Part shown: positions 52,966-64,000 of the stretch, piece after piece
Numbering within the stretch: position 1 is the first letter of the stretch
How the letters are laid out: each line of letters begins with the position of its first letter
From: Camelus dromedarius
Lineage: Eukaryota
Length of the DNA stretch: 64,000 nt
Assembly: GCF_036321535.1 (NCBI RefSeq)
Contig: NC_087438.1
Coordinates: forward strand, 6,512,001-6,576,000
Reading direction: 5' to 3'
Notes under the pieces: generated by a model
Told to the model about the DNA's origin: nothing
Database searches by the model: none
Seen by the model: only the letters and a program-made list of their open reading frames with translations
Translations under genes and position numbers: made by a program

Positions 52966-54399
52966 AAAAAATAAGATCTTTTGGATAATTTATAAACTAC
53001 TTTCAGTGTTGGCATTTTATCAAGGAATTGACCCATTTGAAAAAATAATTTATTCTTTAGTTCAGCTCGACAGTTTGAACAAGTGCTTGATGACTGTGCC
53101 TTACCAATTATGCGTGTCCTTTTCACAAAGATCTCTGTGTGCATTGTGGATACTGAAACCCATTACTTCTCAACATACAGCCCCGTATCCCGGTTCACAG
53201 CAGAATACATCTGTCCCAGGGAATCTTAATGGCCAGTGCCAAATCTTATTTTCACTAACTAGGAGAAATGAGAGCCGTCAACTTTACATGAATGGGCCAA
53301 ATGCATTTCTCTTTGATAGAAAAATCAAAGTTTTAAGCCACTGATAAAATGCTGGTGACATCCTAAGCTTCATATGTTTGATCCTTTTACAAAGGTGTCA
53401 GTGATGCAAGAGGCATTACGTAGAATCCTTGTAGGGAAGGAAACACTGAGGGGCTCTCCGGCCTGTGTCACTAGCCGCTGCATTAGTAGTAACAGCACGT
53501 CAGGGTCTCTCCCCCAGCACGCTGCAAATGTTCAGAGATTCATTTAGTCAACAAATATGCAGACGGCTTCCAGAACTGACACTGAAAATGCGAAATTCAT
53601 TGGCAAAAACATTCCCCAGGTCTCTCAAATACTGAACTTCCACTAGCTCAAGGTCCCTGGAAAAAACAGGTACTTATAGTAATTAAAAGAGCACAGGGAG
53701 GGATGGAAAAACAGTGGCGCAAAATTTAAATGTCAGCAAGTAGCATGTTGGTAAGAAAGAAAACTTGGTAGATGGTTAACATCCACGTCACCCCTTGCCC
53801 CAGGCCTCCCAAAACTCAACTGGGGAAAAGACTGCTTTTGAAAACCAGTGGGAGCCTGAGCCACTAACTGGAGGGAAAAAGTCAAAGAAATGCTGAAAAG
53901 AAATCACATCCCACCATCAGCCCTCCACGAGCCCGGCATCTGCGGTCCCTCATCCACAACTCACACCAACCACAGGTCAACCTTCAACTACAGGTCAAGA
54001 CAGCCAGGGCCACCTGTGGTCATCACACTCTGCCATCTTATATACAGGACTTGAGCAGCTGTAGATTTGGGTAGCTGCCAGGTCCTGGAACTGCGAGGTC
54101 GTGGATACGGAGGAATGACTGCGCTGCCTTGTAAGGATCTGATATTCGCTACAACCAGAATGGCATTTTATGTTACAACAATGGAAAATTTTGCTGCTAA
54201 GGTGGTGAATGAAACCCCTCAAGGAGAGAATTACCTTCGAGGCTTTTTGTCACTTTTAAGATCACTTATGAAGTACCAAAGCATCACCTGACTTCAAGCA
54301 AAATATTATGAAGAGCTCCCCAAGAGATGCTAACACTCGACTCAAACATCCCAGCACCCACAGTTCTGCCTGTGGTGCCCTTTCCTTCCCCACAGCCTC

Positions 54400-55290
54400 T
54401 CCTAGATGAGAGGCCTGGGACTTCACTGTCAAACATGGAGATGACTCCAAAATATTGAGCTCTAGTCCCAATCATTCCCAAATAGTCCAGACTCGCACGC
54501 ATGTCTCCCTTTTCTCTCCAACTGGATGAGCATGATCAAATTTACATGATCCTGGGAGAAATCTTTGTCCCTCCAAAACCTGAATCTCCTCAGTTAATAG
54601 TCCACCGCCCACCAACTTACAAACCGTTCTTCATTTTTCTTCTCTTCCCCTCCAGTGCCCAAGCCATCAGAGTACCCCTGATTCTGCTTCTGAAATTAGC
54701 CAAATCCGTCCAGTTCTCCCTGGACGTTCGCCAGCGACACCCTAGCCTGCACCACCCTCGAGCCTCGCCAGTCCCCTGCGATGGCCTGCTAGCTGGTCTT
54801 CCTGATTCCCCTCTTGCTACTCGACAATCCATTGTCCCAACTGCAACCACGAAAATATAAATGACAATTTACAAGTGCAAACAGATCCTGTCCCACCACT
54901 GCTTCTGCAAAGGCTTCCCAATGCCCATGAAAAAATCAGAGTTTCCCATCCTGTCTTACAATGCCCTACACACTGTATCTAACTCTTGCCCACCTCTGCC
55001 ATTCTAGTCCACACCGCTGTCCCTTCCCCTCCACACACAGTCATCCCAAAGTTGCCCCCATTCGCTGCCTCGCATGACCCTATCTGAATTCTCTGCATAG
55101 TACCTGCCTCTGTAAGATACTTTTTCTTATTTATCACAATATGATTATTGTTTAGGGTCCAACTCTCCCCTGAAATGTGTGCTCCATGAGAAATGGGAAG
55201 CTTCTTGTTTGTCAGTTTATCTCCAATTCCTAAAAGAGTCTCATACCCTAACGTGTTCGGTAAAGATCTGTTTGGAGAGAGGTGGTGGAT
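54400..55290 (+). mobile_element. L2 fragments
   Basis: ggcctgctagctggtcttcctgattcc...caatccattgtcccaactgcaaccacg...aaggcttcccaatgccc, plus a 3'-end-like segment near 55150-55290. Confidence 0.65.
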
Positions 55291-55734
55291 GAATACAGGT
55301 TATTTCTCCTTGTCACTTTCCTTGCAATTTTCAAGAAAAGTGGTTAGTGTGTTGCACCAATAATAGGAACACGATTTCCAATCCGACATTAATCGGAATG
55401 CCCGCTAGTCCCCAGTGACCCCCATGTACAGGAAAAGATGCTTCAGAAGCACCATGTGTTTATACAGATGTTTGTCCATAAGGAATTTTTTTTAATTAAC
55501 CACCAATCATGTGTTTCCTACAAGGAAATTACACGGTGAGAGTGGGTTCCAACCCTCAAGATATTTGCTGGCTCAGTGAAATAAAACCAAGACACTATTT
55601 GCAGAAACCTATAGCTGTTTTATTTTGCAGTAACATTTAAAATGGGTGGGTCTATTGCTTTATAAATCTTTTCTGTAATATTCTGCCAAGTGAGCTCCCC
55701 TGGTGACCTTTAGAAAAGAAAGGGGGTGAAACAC

Positions 55735-55950
55735 ACCCTGGATTCAGAAGTTATACGTTACCCACTGGGGTTGGCATCCGGGTAATCTCTGAATTACCTT
55801 GGCAAGTTTCTAAACCTCTCCATGACTCAGTTTACTCATCTCTAAACTGGGGAGGAGATTAGAACATATTGTACACGGTTGCTGAGAAGATGAAACAATG
55901 TAAGTAAAAGTTATACCAGTGCCTGGGATGTAGGGGGCACTCAGATAACT
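55735..55950 (+). mobile_element. MIR SINE
   Basis: accttggcaagtttctaaacctctccatgactcagtttactcatctctaaactgggga. Confidence 0.8.
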
Positions 55951-56965
55951 TGAGCCGCTTGTATGAATTATTCCTAGGTTATTACTGGTGATTTACAGAA
56001 TGTTCTATATTATGAAATGTTGGAGAACCTGTATCAAATATCTATTATCACTGCCACTTTATAAGGGGCTGTTAAATCACTTCCAGTAGTGAACTGGTCC
56101 CAAGTCCTGCAGATCCAAGCACGTGTGACTACTGCAGGTGGAGGTAACCTAGAATATTTACACTCTATACTTTCTACAGTTGCATTCAGACAAAAAAAAA
56201 AAAAAAAAGCAGCAGCAGCTACTCTAAATCAATAAAGCCTTCACAAACCAGGCATTTGCGGTTAGAAATGTTAGTCATAGGTGTATCTGAGCATTCAGGA
56301 TTTGCTAAAGAAAAGAAAAACTGCTCTGTAAATGCTCTTCCATAAAGACAGAACTTGAACCTGAAAATGAGTCAAAGTTAAACTATATACCAGACACTCA
56401 ACATTATAATCACAGAACAAAACTAGACCACCATAATTCACTTTTCTTATTATTGCTATTATTACAACATCCCCTGAAGAAACTTCCAAGACCTTTCAAA
56501 GACCCTCATGACACCTGGATTATGAAACAATCTCAGAAGAGCATAACAGCACATAAAAGAGAAAGTTATGAAGGAAATGTCATCAGCTCCTAGAAATCTG
56601 GCAGTGGAATGATAAAGCTAGCAAGTAACTATGTACCAAATTGAGTTAAGAAGGAAGGAATTCCAGAAGAAAAAAAAAAGAAATGCCATAGTCAGTTGGG
56701 GAAAAAAGTTGGATTTGCCACCTAAAAAGATGCTCGCTTCAGTGAAGACACTCTAGAATGAGAACTTACATAGGAAACACGTGGCCATTCATGGCTTCAC
56801 TGATGCTGTTCCTTCTTGTTTGGGGCCTACTGTGTGCCCGGCCTGAGATGCATCCTACCTGCCACTCAGAGCTCAGAACGTGACTGGCAGCTCAGCACGG
56901 TTATGTGTTCAGGGATGGCTGACGAGAAGGCTGGGCAACCGCACGCACTGTCCGATGAAGACCAC

Positions 56966-57070
56966 TGTGTGTGTGCGTGTGTGTGCGTGTGTGCGCGTGT
57001 GAGTGTGTGTGCGTGCATGCGCGTGCGTGTGTGCGTGTGCGTGTGTGTGTGCGTGTGTGTGTGTGCGTGC
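56966..57070. repeat. Compound (TG/CG)n alternating purine-pyrimidine repeat
   Basis: Seen directly, about 105 bp. Confidence 0.97.
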
Positions 57071-57350
57071 CTGTAGCACCAAGTCAGTGAAAGAGCATCT
57101 ATTTAAAAGGTATCGCATGGCTGCGGATGCTTTCACACATCAGTTAACTTATGAGAAACTTGTAATTGAGCCACAAAGCTGGGCTTTTAGTACACGGTTT
57201 TAGACAATTATTTCATTGATTGTATCTCTGTCCTAGTGACCTTCATGAGCGCCAGCGAGAGCACAATCTCTGTCTACGTCCATATTTATGTCTGTGTCAG
57301 CTATATCTGCACCTACAAACCCACATCTCCACCCAGATGGATAGACACAT

Positions 57351-57387
57351 ATAGATAGATAGATAGACAGATAGACAGACAGACAGA
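57351..57387. repeat. (GATA)/(GACA) tetranucleotide repeat
   Basis: atagatagatagatagacagatagacagacagacaga. Confidence 0.92.
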
Positions 57388-58489
57388 GTCACCTGACCCC
57401 AGATTGTGCTCCCGGCATGGCAGGGGCTCCATAAAGACAGATCAGTGCTGTTTTGGAACAGGCACATCCCTGATAACTAATCTGCAGGAACTACAACTTC
57501 AGGGTTCTAAGCTCGGCCCGGCCCGTGACCTGACAGTTACCCTGCACTGTGCTATTTTTACATTTAATAATACAGACTCCTTGAAGATGATACTGATGAA
57601 ATTCCACTGTGACATGGACAGTAGGTCCAAACACTCAATTTAAGAAACATTAAATGCCAGGAAGGAACTGACATCCGATGACACAGGTGAGGGCAGGGCC
57701 ACTGGTCTTAGTCTATGTGCTGTTTGACTACTATGACCTTCCCTTTCAGTTACCTTCACAACTCACAGACAGTCATCAGGGAGAAGCAGACTTTGGAAGG
57801 GCTGTGCACTCTCTCCTAAGAGCTGGTATGAATGACGTTCACTTATCCTCCAAAGCGGCAAGACTATTTGAGAAAGCAGTAGAGTAAATGGCCTCACATG
57901 GACAATACGGGGACAGTCTGTGATGGCTACAGCAAATCTAATTATTTAATTATAGGAAAATCATGAAATACACATCTTAAATCAAATGTAGCACAGTCAG
58001 CCAGGCTAGAGGAACACATTTTTACCAAACTCTTAAGGACCCTTCTGGTAAATTAGGTTTTACAAAATTTCAATCTGAATCACTTCATTAAGTAACATGA
58101 ACACATTCAGTGCTCATTGTGTGTTAAGTATTGGGAAGATGGATACAATCAAGGGCTTCATAGTGAAAAAGAAAGACACAAGAAATAGTTCAATAAATCC
58201 AACTTTAAATTGCTACTGTGGGGACATACACAGGAACATGGGGACAGGAAGGAGAAGGATGATAAGGGTTCACAGAGCAGATAATATGTGGTCTGAGAAT
58301 TGGTGAACAAGTGAACATCCGCCTGCTGGACAACATGGGGAAAATTGTACCAAATACACTAAACTCTGGTTGGGGATAGAGAAGGAATAATCTCATTCCT
58401 TCCTCTTGCAGACAATCTCATGTACTTCCAGTTCTGTGCCCAAATTAGAAATAGGGTTTTTTCTCACCCAGTTTAAAAAATCCCAAAGG

Positions 58490-59270
58490 ATCCATCCAAC
58501 CATTCACCACCCATCCAACAAACAATCATTGACAGCTTTTCTGTCTTAGACCGTTCGATGCCTGAAGATGGAGCAGTGATCAAAATAGCGAAAATCCCTG
58601 CCCTCATGGAACTTACACTATGGGGAGGGCAGAAATTATACAAGTGGTGAGGATGGTGGGGAAAGAGATGAGGTCAAGGTACGGAACCCTTAAGGACGCC
58701 AGTGGTTGTAGGTCAGGGAGGTGAGCAGTTGAAGGAAGGGACAACGGCTAGAGATGGAGGAGTCACATCAGGGAGCTGCGGTGTCCAGAAAGCAGATGGA
58801 AAAGTGCTTCGAGGAGGGCGGGAGGGATGGATTAGACTGTACGAAGGCTGCCGCTCCTGACTGTCTGGTGTGAGGCTGACTGAATGTGGACGCCTGGATT
58901 CAACAACATGGAGGTGACGGGTGACCTTGAAGAGGCAGGACTGATGATGGAATGACCAAGTGGTCAAAGTGGGTTCCAGAGGAAGTGGAAACACAAGGAA
59001 ATAGAAACAAATGCTTTTAAAGAGTTCTTCTGTAAACAGAAGGAGAGAACTGGGTCCTGGCTGGAGAGGAAATTCAGGTCAACAGGTCATTTTTTTAAAA
59101 ATGGTAGATGTTTGCATCTCTAAGGGAAAGATCTAGCAGAGAAGGGAAAATAAAAATTGATGAAGAAAAGAAAGGGAAGAACTCGTTTAAGTCCTATCTT
59201 TGAGTAAGAAAGAAGAAATGGGATATTGGTGACCAAGCTAAAGTCTTGGCTCTCAATTAGAACTGTTCAG
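58490..59270 (-). mobile_element. L2 (antisense), including the 3' end
   Basis: catccaacaaacaatcattgacagc...aaaatccctgccctcatggaacttacact...ggattcaacaacatggaggtgacgggtgaccttgaagag. Confidence 0.82.
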
Positions 59271-61544
59271 AGTGGCCACCAGGTGGGACTTGTGATTGGC
59301 CAGTTTGGGTCGGCGCCCCACCTTCCAATCATCACTGCAGCAAAGAGGTGACTTTCTATGGAAGGAGGAGGAACAGTTCTCAAAGGTATATGGCCTCTGA
59401 GCTGTGAGCAGGACAGTAACGTCCCTCACTCCAAAAAAAAATTCTGAGCAATGGTAAACAACTTAGAGACACTCACCCAATTCCTCAACACTGGAAATGT
59501 AAGATCTATTTGCTATTTTTAGGTACTGTTATATGAAATCTGGTGGTATTTACTTCCCAGAATCTCCTGACCATCTTTCCAACCTTTGCTTTTTCTGCTT
59601 TGGTTTAACCAATAGTGGTTACTGTCCAAACTTTCAGCAAAAGCAAGTGAAACAAAATGACTCTGATGCCTTTGTGGCCTGGGAGACACAAACACACATG
59701 AAAACCACATGAAAAGCTCCAGTGGATAAAACACGAACTGATTAGGTTTGCAACCCTGCAGCTATGGCAGATGCTCCAATACTCTGATCTGGAGACCACA
59801 ATGCAGGAAAACCTCAAGTCCCATGAAATCCAAAAATCCAAACACAGGGTCATTTTTATGCCCTGAGGAGAGTCCCGCCAAAAAAAGATCTTAGGCACAG
59901 TTTAAACAAGAGGGCAGTATCCTCGCGTGCACACGTAAATCTTCAAATCCAAGCAATTAACCTCACACACATCTGGCCCTCTAATGGGTGTCTGAGAAGG
60001 AACAGCACACAGACACCATGGCCAGCCTGACTTCCACACAAAACAGAGAAAAGAAAATGGATTCTGAACCTCACCACACATCTGTGGCTCACAAATATTT
60101 ATAATAGTCACAGAGCCGGGACAATAACAGACTTGGCAGACACTCAGCTAAGCAAACAATAAAAAAGGCCCAAATCCCAACACGGAAGAGAACAGGAGAG
60201 AAAGCAAGGTTTCCCCGGCTCCATAGCGGGCGCTCATTCTGATGCATTCTGATGTGCCTAATGGAAGCAGACAATTCTCCCGTTGGTGAACTTGGGGAAC
60301 GTGGGGTGAAACGCATATGACAAAACAGATCAGATCTGCATGGGGCCCTTCCAGGTCGCCTCGTGGAGATTTTCCATGAGGCTGACCAGACAATGGGACA
60401 AGAATAATAAGATGTGGAGTCCACAGCGTTAGTATTACTTTCAAACTTTATTAAGAATGACAGGCTAAGTCTTGATCCCCAAATACAACCACTCAGCATG
60501 TTTACGCAAGGGATGTACCTTGTGTCAACAGTATCCACAGAAACGCACTGCGACTATCACAGAACAGAATTCCTACCCGCACCACGGCACCGACCGAAAC
60601 ACCGACAGCAAAACGCAGTATCTATCTTGCAGCAAAGAAATTTAGAAAACCAAGAAAAGTAAAGATGGAGACGTGAGTGCGTTTCAGTCTGCCCAAAGCC
60701 AAGTACGCCTCCATCTCAGAAAGAGAATTCTAGCCAATTCTCTGTCTTTTGGAACCTAATGAACTATGAAACCATTATTGTAGGCACATGAAAATTGATA
60801 ATTAAATTACTATTCTAGGTGAGTCCTCTAAACTCAACAAGTAAAGATATCAACCAATATATATGAGATTCAGCCAGCCCTGGTCTTCCAGACACACCAC
60901 AGAACATGAATACACCATGATATGACTTAATACTGCTCAACATAATGGGTTAAGTTCTAGTAAATTAAAAAAATCCGAAATACAGTTGTCAAGATATAGA
61001 AGCTGTAGAAAACCTGAAAATGCAAAAGTTAACCTTTCCCTGACCAAAAGAGGAAAATAAAAGAATGAAAGAATTTCAGTTGTCTGACTGTAAACCTGGT
61101 CGCTATCTACAGGATGAAGCGATGTGTTATGGAGATTCCTCATTCCTACAGTATTCTGATTGAGCACCTTCATTAGATTAAGATCGGGGGACGATGTTCG
61201 TCAGTGAGGAAAGAGAGAGGCAGAATTAAACTATGAGAAGAATTATAAAAAGTAATATCTATCCTTAAATAATGAACTCTTCCCTGAATTAAAGACTTGA
61301 ATTTTAATATTCAGAAGAAAGTAAATTTAAAAATTTATTAAATTTTTAAGCATTGGCTGAACTCATTACAAAGGAAATATTTGGCGACACTAAAATGAAC
61401 TTTCTAAATTTAAAAGGATAAAGTTAACAAGGAAATAAAGTATAGAAAAATGACAACAGAGGGTTAATATTCTTAAAAGTGAATTCTGTAAATATCTGTA
61501 AGAAAGTACTGAATCTCAGAAGCTAAACAAGTATAAAATAAGGA

Positions 61545-61688
61545 CTAACCATTCTCTCCCACATACGTTGTCTGCGGCCGCTTTAGGCTACGACACACAG
61601 CCGAGTTGGTCCAACAGAAATGCGATGACCAGCAAATCCTAAAATATTAACTACCTCACCCTTTCAGAAAAAGTCTGCCACCTCCTGA
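61545..61688 (+). mobile_element. MER58-like hAT remnant
   Basis: ggccgctttaggctacgac...agcaaatcctaaaatattaactacctcaccctttcagaaaaagtctgccacctcctg matches the MER58A end. Confidence 0.75.
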
Positions 61689-61814
61689 TTTAGATTGCTG
61701 ACTTCTTACCATTTATGGTGAGCTTTTCTTTAAGGACCTGAGTATTGCCCAATCCGGAATAAAAGTGTATCTGTCCTTATTCCCAAAGGCATTCTTAGTG
61801 CTAAGAGGTCGTAT

Positions 61815-61915
61815 TGTGTTAGAGTTAAGGGCATGGGTTCAAATCCCAGCTCCTCCTTTGACTACTGTGAGCTCTTGAGCAAATGACTTAACTTCTCCGT
61901 GCCTCCCTTTCTTTC
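61815..61915 (+). mobile_element. MIR fragment
   Basis: tgggttcaaatcccagctcctcctttgactactgtgagctcttgagcaaatgacttaacttctccgtgcctc. Confidence 0.8.
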
Positions 61916-63383
61916 TGGAAGCTTGTTCATTCTTTCACCACCATTTCTAACAGCAGAGATAACTGATGCTCATAAACTGTCACAATAACTCAATCTAGTA
62001 AATCGTTGGCTTCTTCATTTCCCATTTAGGTGTCCGACTTACCAAGGAGGGACGGGGTGGAGCGTTTCCTCGACCATGTATCACACAAAGGACCCGCAGC
62101 CTCTCAGGCCAGCCAGCCCAACTCTCACACACCAACGCTGCAAAAAAACAAAAGAAAAGAGAGAGGGAAGATCCTATTAACCCACTTTAAAACAGGCCGT
62201 AATCATTGCTCATCGATTCTGGAAAGTTCCATTAATGGCCTGCACAACCAGCACAACCTGCTTTAGCAACATGAGACTTAGCACAGAGTGACCCAGAACA
62301 GCTTGAATCACAAACATGACAGCCCTAGCTTAGCATCCCGTGCACCAAAGGACTTCTTTCTTCAGAAAAGAAGGAATAAACATTCAACTGTTATTAACAT
62401 ATGGGAACAAATCTCATGAAACAACCGAAGGACCATCATTTCAAACCTACCTGAATGACCTCAAGCAGTCTGCACATCAAGCACAGACGGGTCTCGTGAA
62501 TGTACCCATTTTACGACGGCTCTTTCATTCTGCTTTGGGGAACCTTAAGTAATGCATTTCAAAGACAGGGGACAGAGGCAGAAGGTGTAGAAGAAACTAC
62601 ACCAGAAATTAGAGTTTGTGTTTTTATTTACATAGTAATTGATTTGGTGCACAATTTGAGACTTTATTTTTAAAAAATGAATTGTAAACCATAAAAAAAA
62701 CCTCACTTTACTAAAACCAAGTAAAGCTTTGTAATCTCCTCATTCGATGTAACATTAAAAATCCTGAAAACTTGGTATCATAAAGGGATAAAAGACTACT
62801 GCAAAACACAGCCTCCCTAGCACCACGGATGCCAGAAATGGAAGAAATGGGTTACTTTCCATTTCTCATTCATAAAAGAAATCTGTCCATTACTAGTGGA
62901 GGATGCCTGTTACTTCAAATACTGTACTCTGGGCTCATGTTTTTTCCGTTGTCTTAGTTCGTAGAGTTTCTTTCTGCTCTCTGTGCTGCACTCCGCAGAC
63001 TCTGGCTGCTGTAAACCTCAAACACACTACGTTGCCTATCCCAACACAAACACTTGGGCAGCAGCTAAGCATGACGACAAGAAAAGGGGGAGAAGAACTT
63101 CCCAGAACATTCCAGAACATTCTGGCTATTCCTCTATGCAATGACTCCCACACTATCTACTTAGTAATTATCTAAAAGCCATCTGCCTGTGGAAAATAAA
63201 CTGACTTCCAGCAGCTGGAAATTTATGCAATTTTCTATCTACTGAAATGCCTTTTGAAAGTCCTAAGGTTCAAAGGAGGCCAGAGGGCGGTGGCTAGGTG
63301 ACACCGTCTCTCCGTGAGGCTCCCTGCTTTGGGCAGTTCATGGGGAGCGAGGGGGCAACCCAAAGCAGCATATTCAGAGTCAC

Positions 63384-63479
63384 CGGGAAGGAGCCCCCAG
63401 CCCAGGTGCACTCACGCACGGCAGCGTTGCCAACCCCAAGGAGGTCCCAGCGGAGTCTTTGAAAGTCTGTGACTTCATC
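63384..63479 (-). other. SEMA5A: Candidate upstream non-coding (5'UTR) exon of SEMA5A; 96 nt, or 64 nt if the donor at 63415 is used
   Basis: Pyrimidine-rich acceptor cacctcctcttttccaaag|GATGAAGTC (AG at 63481-63480). Two possible donors: TGC|gtgagt (exon end 63416) and CCG|gtgact (exon end 63384). Unique sequence about 50 kb upstream of the coding exon, similar to my recollection of a ~100-nt human UTR exon tens of kb upstream. Inference, not confirmed. Confidence 0.45.
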
Positions 63480-64000
63480 CTTTGGAAAAGAGGAGGTGCA
63501 GATGCAAATCCTTGAGGCCAAAAGAGGAGTGAGGGAGCTCTCCCCAAGGTAAGAAGGCAGACTCAGCCCAGGAAAAATTCCTAGGAGCGGCCAATTCCTT
63601 TCTCACGACACCAATAACATCTCCTTCGGGTGTGGCAACAAATATGTTGGTTGGGACTTCTTTATTAAACAGCATGTTTGAATACAACAACTTCCTGTCT
63701 TGAGTCCTAAAATCTATTTTACAGTTAGTACTAAAACTTCTTTGGATTTGTTTATCTCTTAATTAAAATTTAACTAATAAACTTGGACAGACCCAGTGTT
63801 TACTGCCATGAATACCTGGCAATTCCTACAGACTCGTTTGTGTCAGAATTAAATTACAAACAGGGCTGATAATTAGGTATGGAGGCTGAGCTCTCCCATC
63901 CTCCCTCAGTGAGGTCATAAATTAGCTAACGTGGCCCCTTAGCTGGGACGTGCTACAGTCAGGCCTACGGAGAATGGCCATCCTCTTAAACTACAAAGGA

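Noticed and set aside
56816..57203. Cys/Val- and His/Thr-rich ORFs
   Set aside because: Translation of the (TG/CG)n microsatellite.
1..64000. A novel multi-gene, CRISPR-like or defence system
   Set aside because: The window is mammalian intronic DNA. There are no operon-like ORFs, no regularly spaced repeat-spacer array, and no intact transposon or retroviral ORFs.

Overview
This is mammalian genomic DNA, most likely from a camelid (camel/alpaca/llama), judged from two Vic-1-like tRNA-derived SINEs. The window lies inside SEMA5A (semaphorin 5A), transcribed on the minus strand. The one clearly supported coding segment is the first coding exon, 13520-13716 (-): 76 nt of 5'UTR plus 121 nt of CDS encoding the signal-peptide region MKGPCVIAWLFSSLGWWRLAQPETDASRCQRAEHPVISYK, with canonical AG/GT splice sites. 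A candidate upstream non-coding exon lies at about 63384/63416-63479 (-). The rest is intron, filled with old repeats (L1M, L2, MIR, MaLR/ERVL LTRs, MER20, MER58) and younger L1 3' stubs and SINEs that keep their target-site duplications (TSDs). Almost all listed ORFs are chance or repeat-derived. I found no evidence of a new multi-gene system. The best second-look items are small: a uORF just before the SEMA5A start, a 42-bp templated insertion inside an L1 stub copied from 1.35 kb away, a candidate 180-nt poison exon, an AT palindrome nested in L1 nested in MIR, and motif-rich candidate enhancers. Gene and repeat-family names come from recalled sequences, not a database search, and boundaries of old repeats are approximate.
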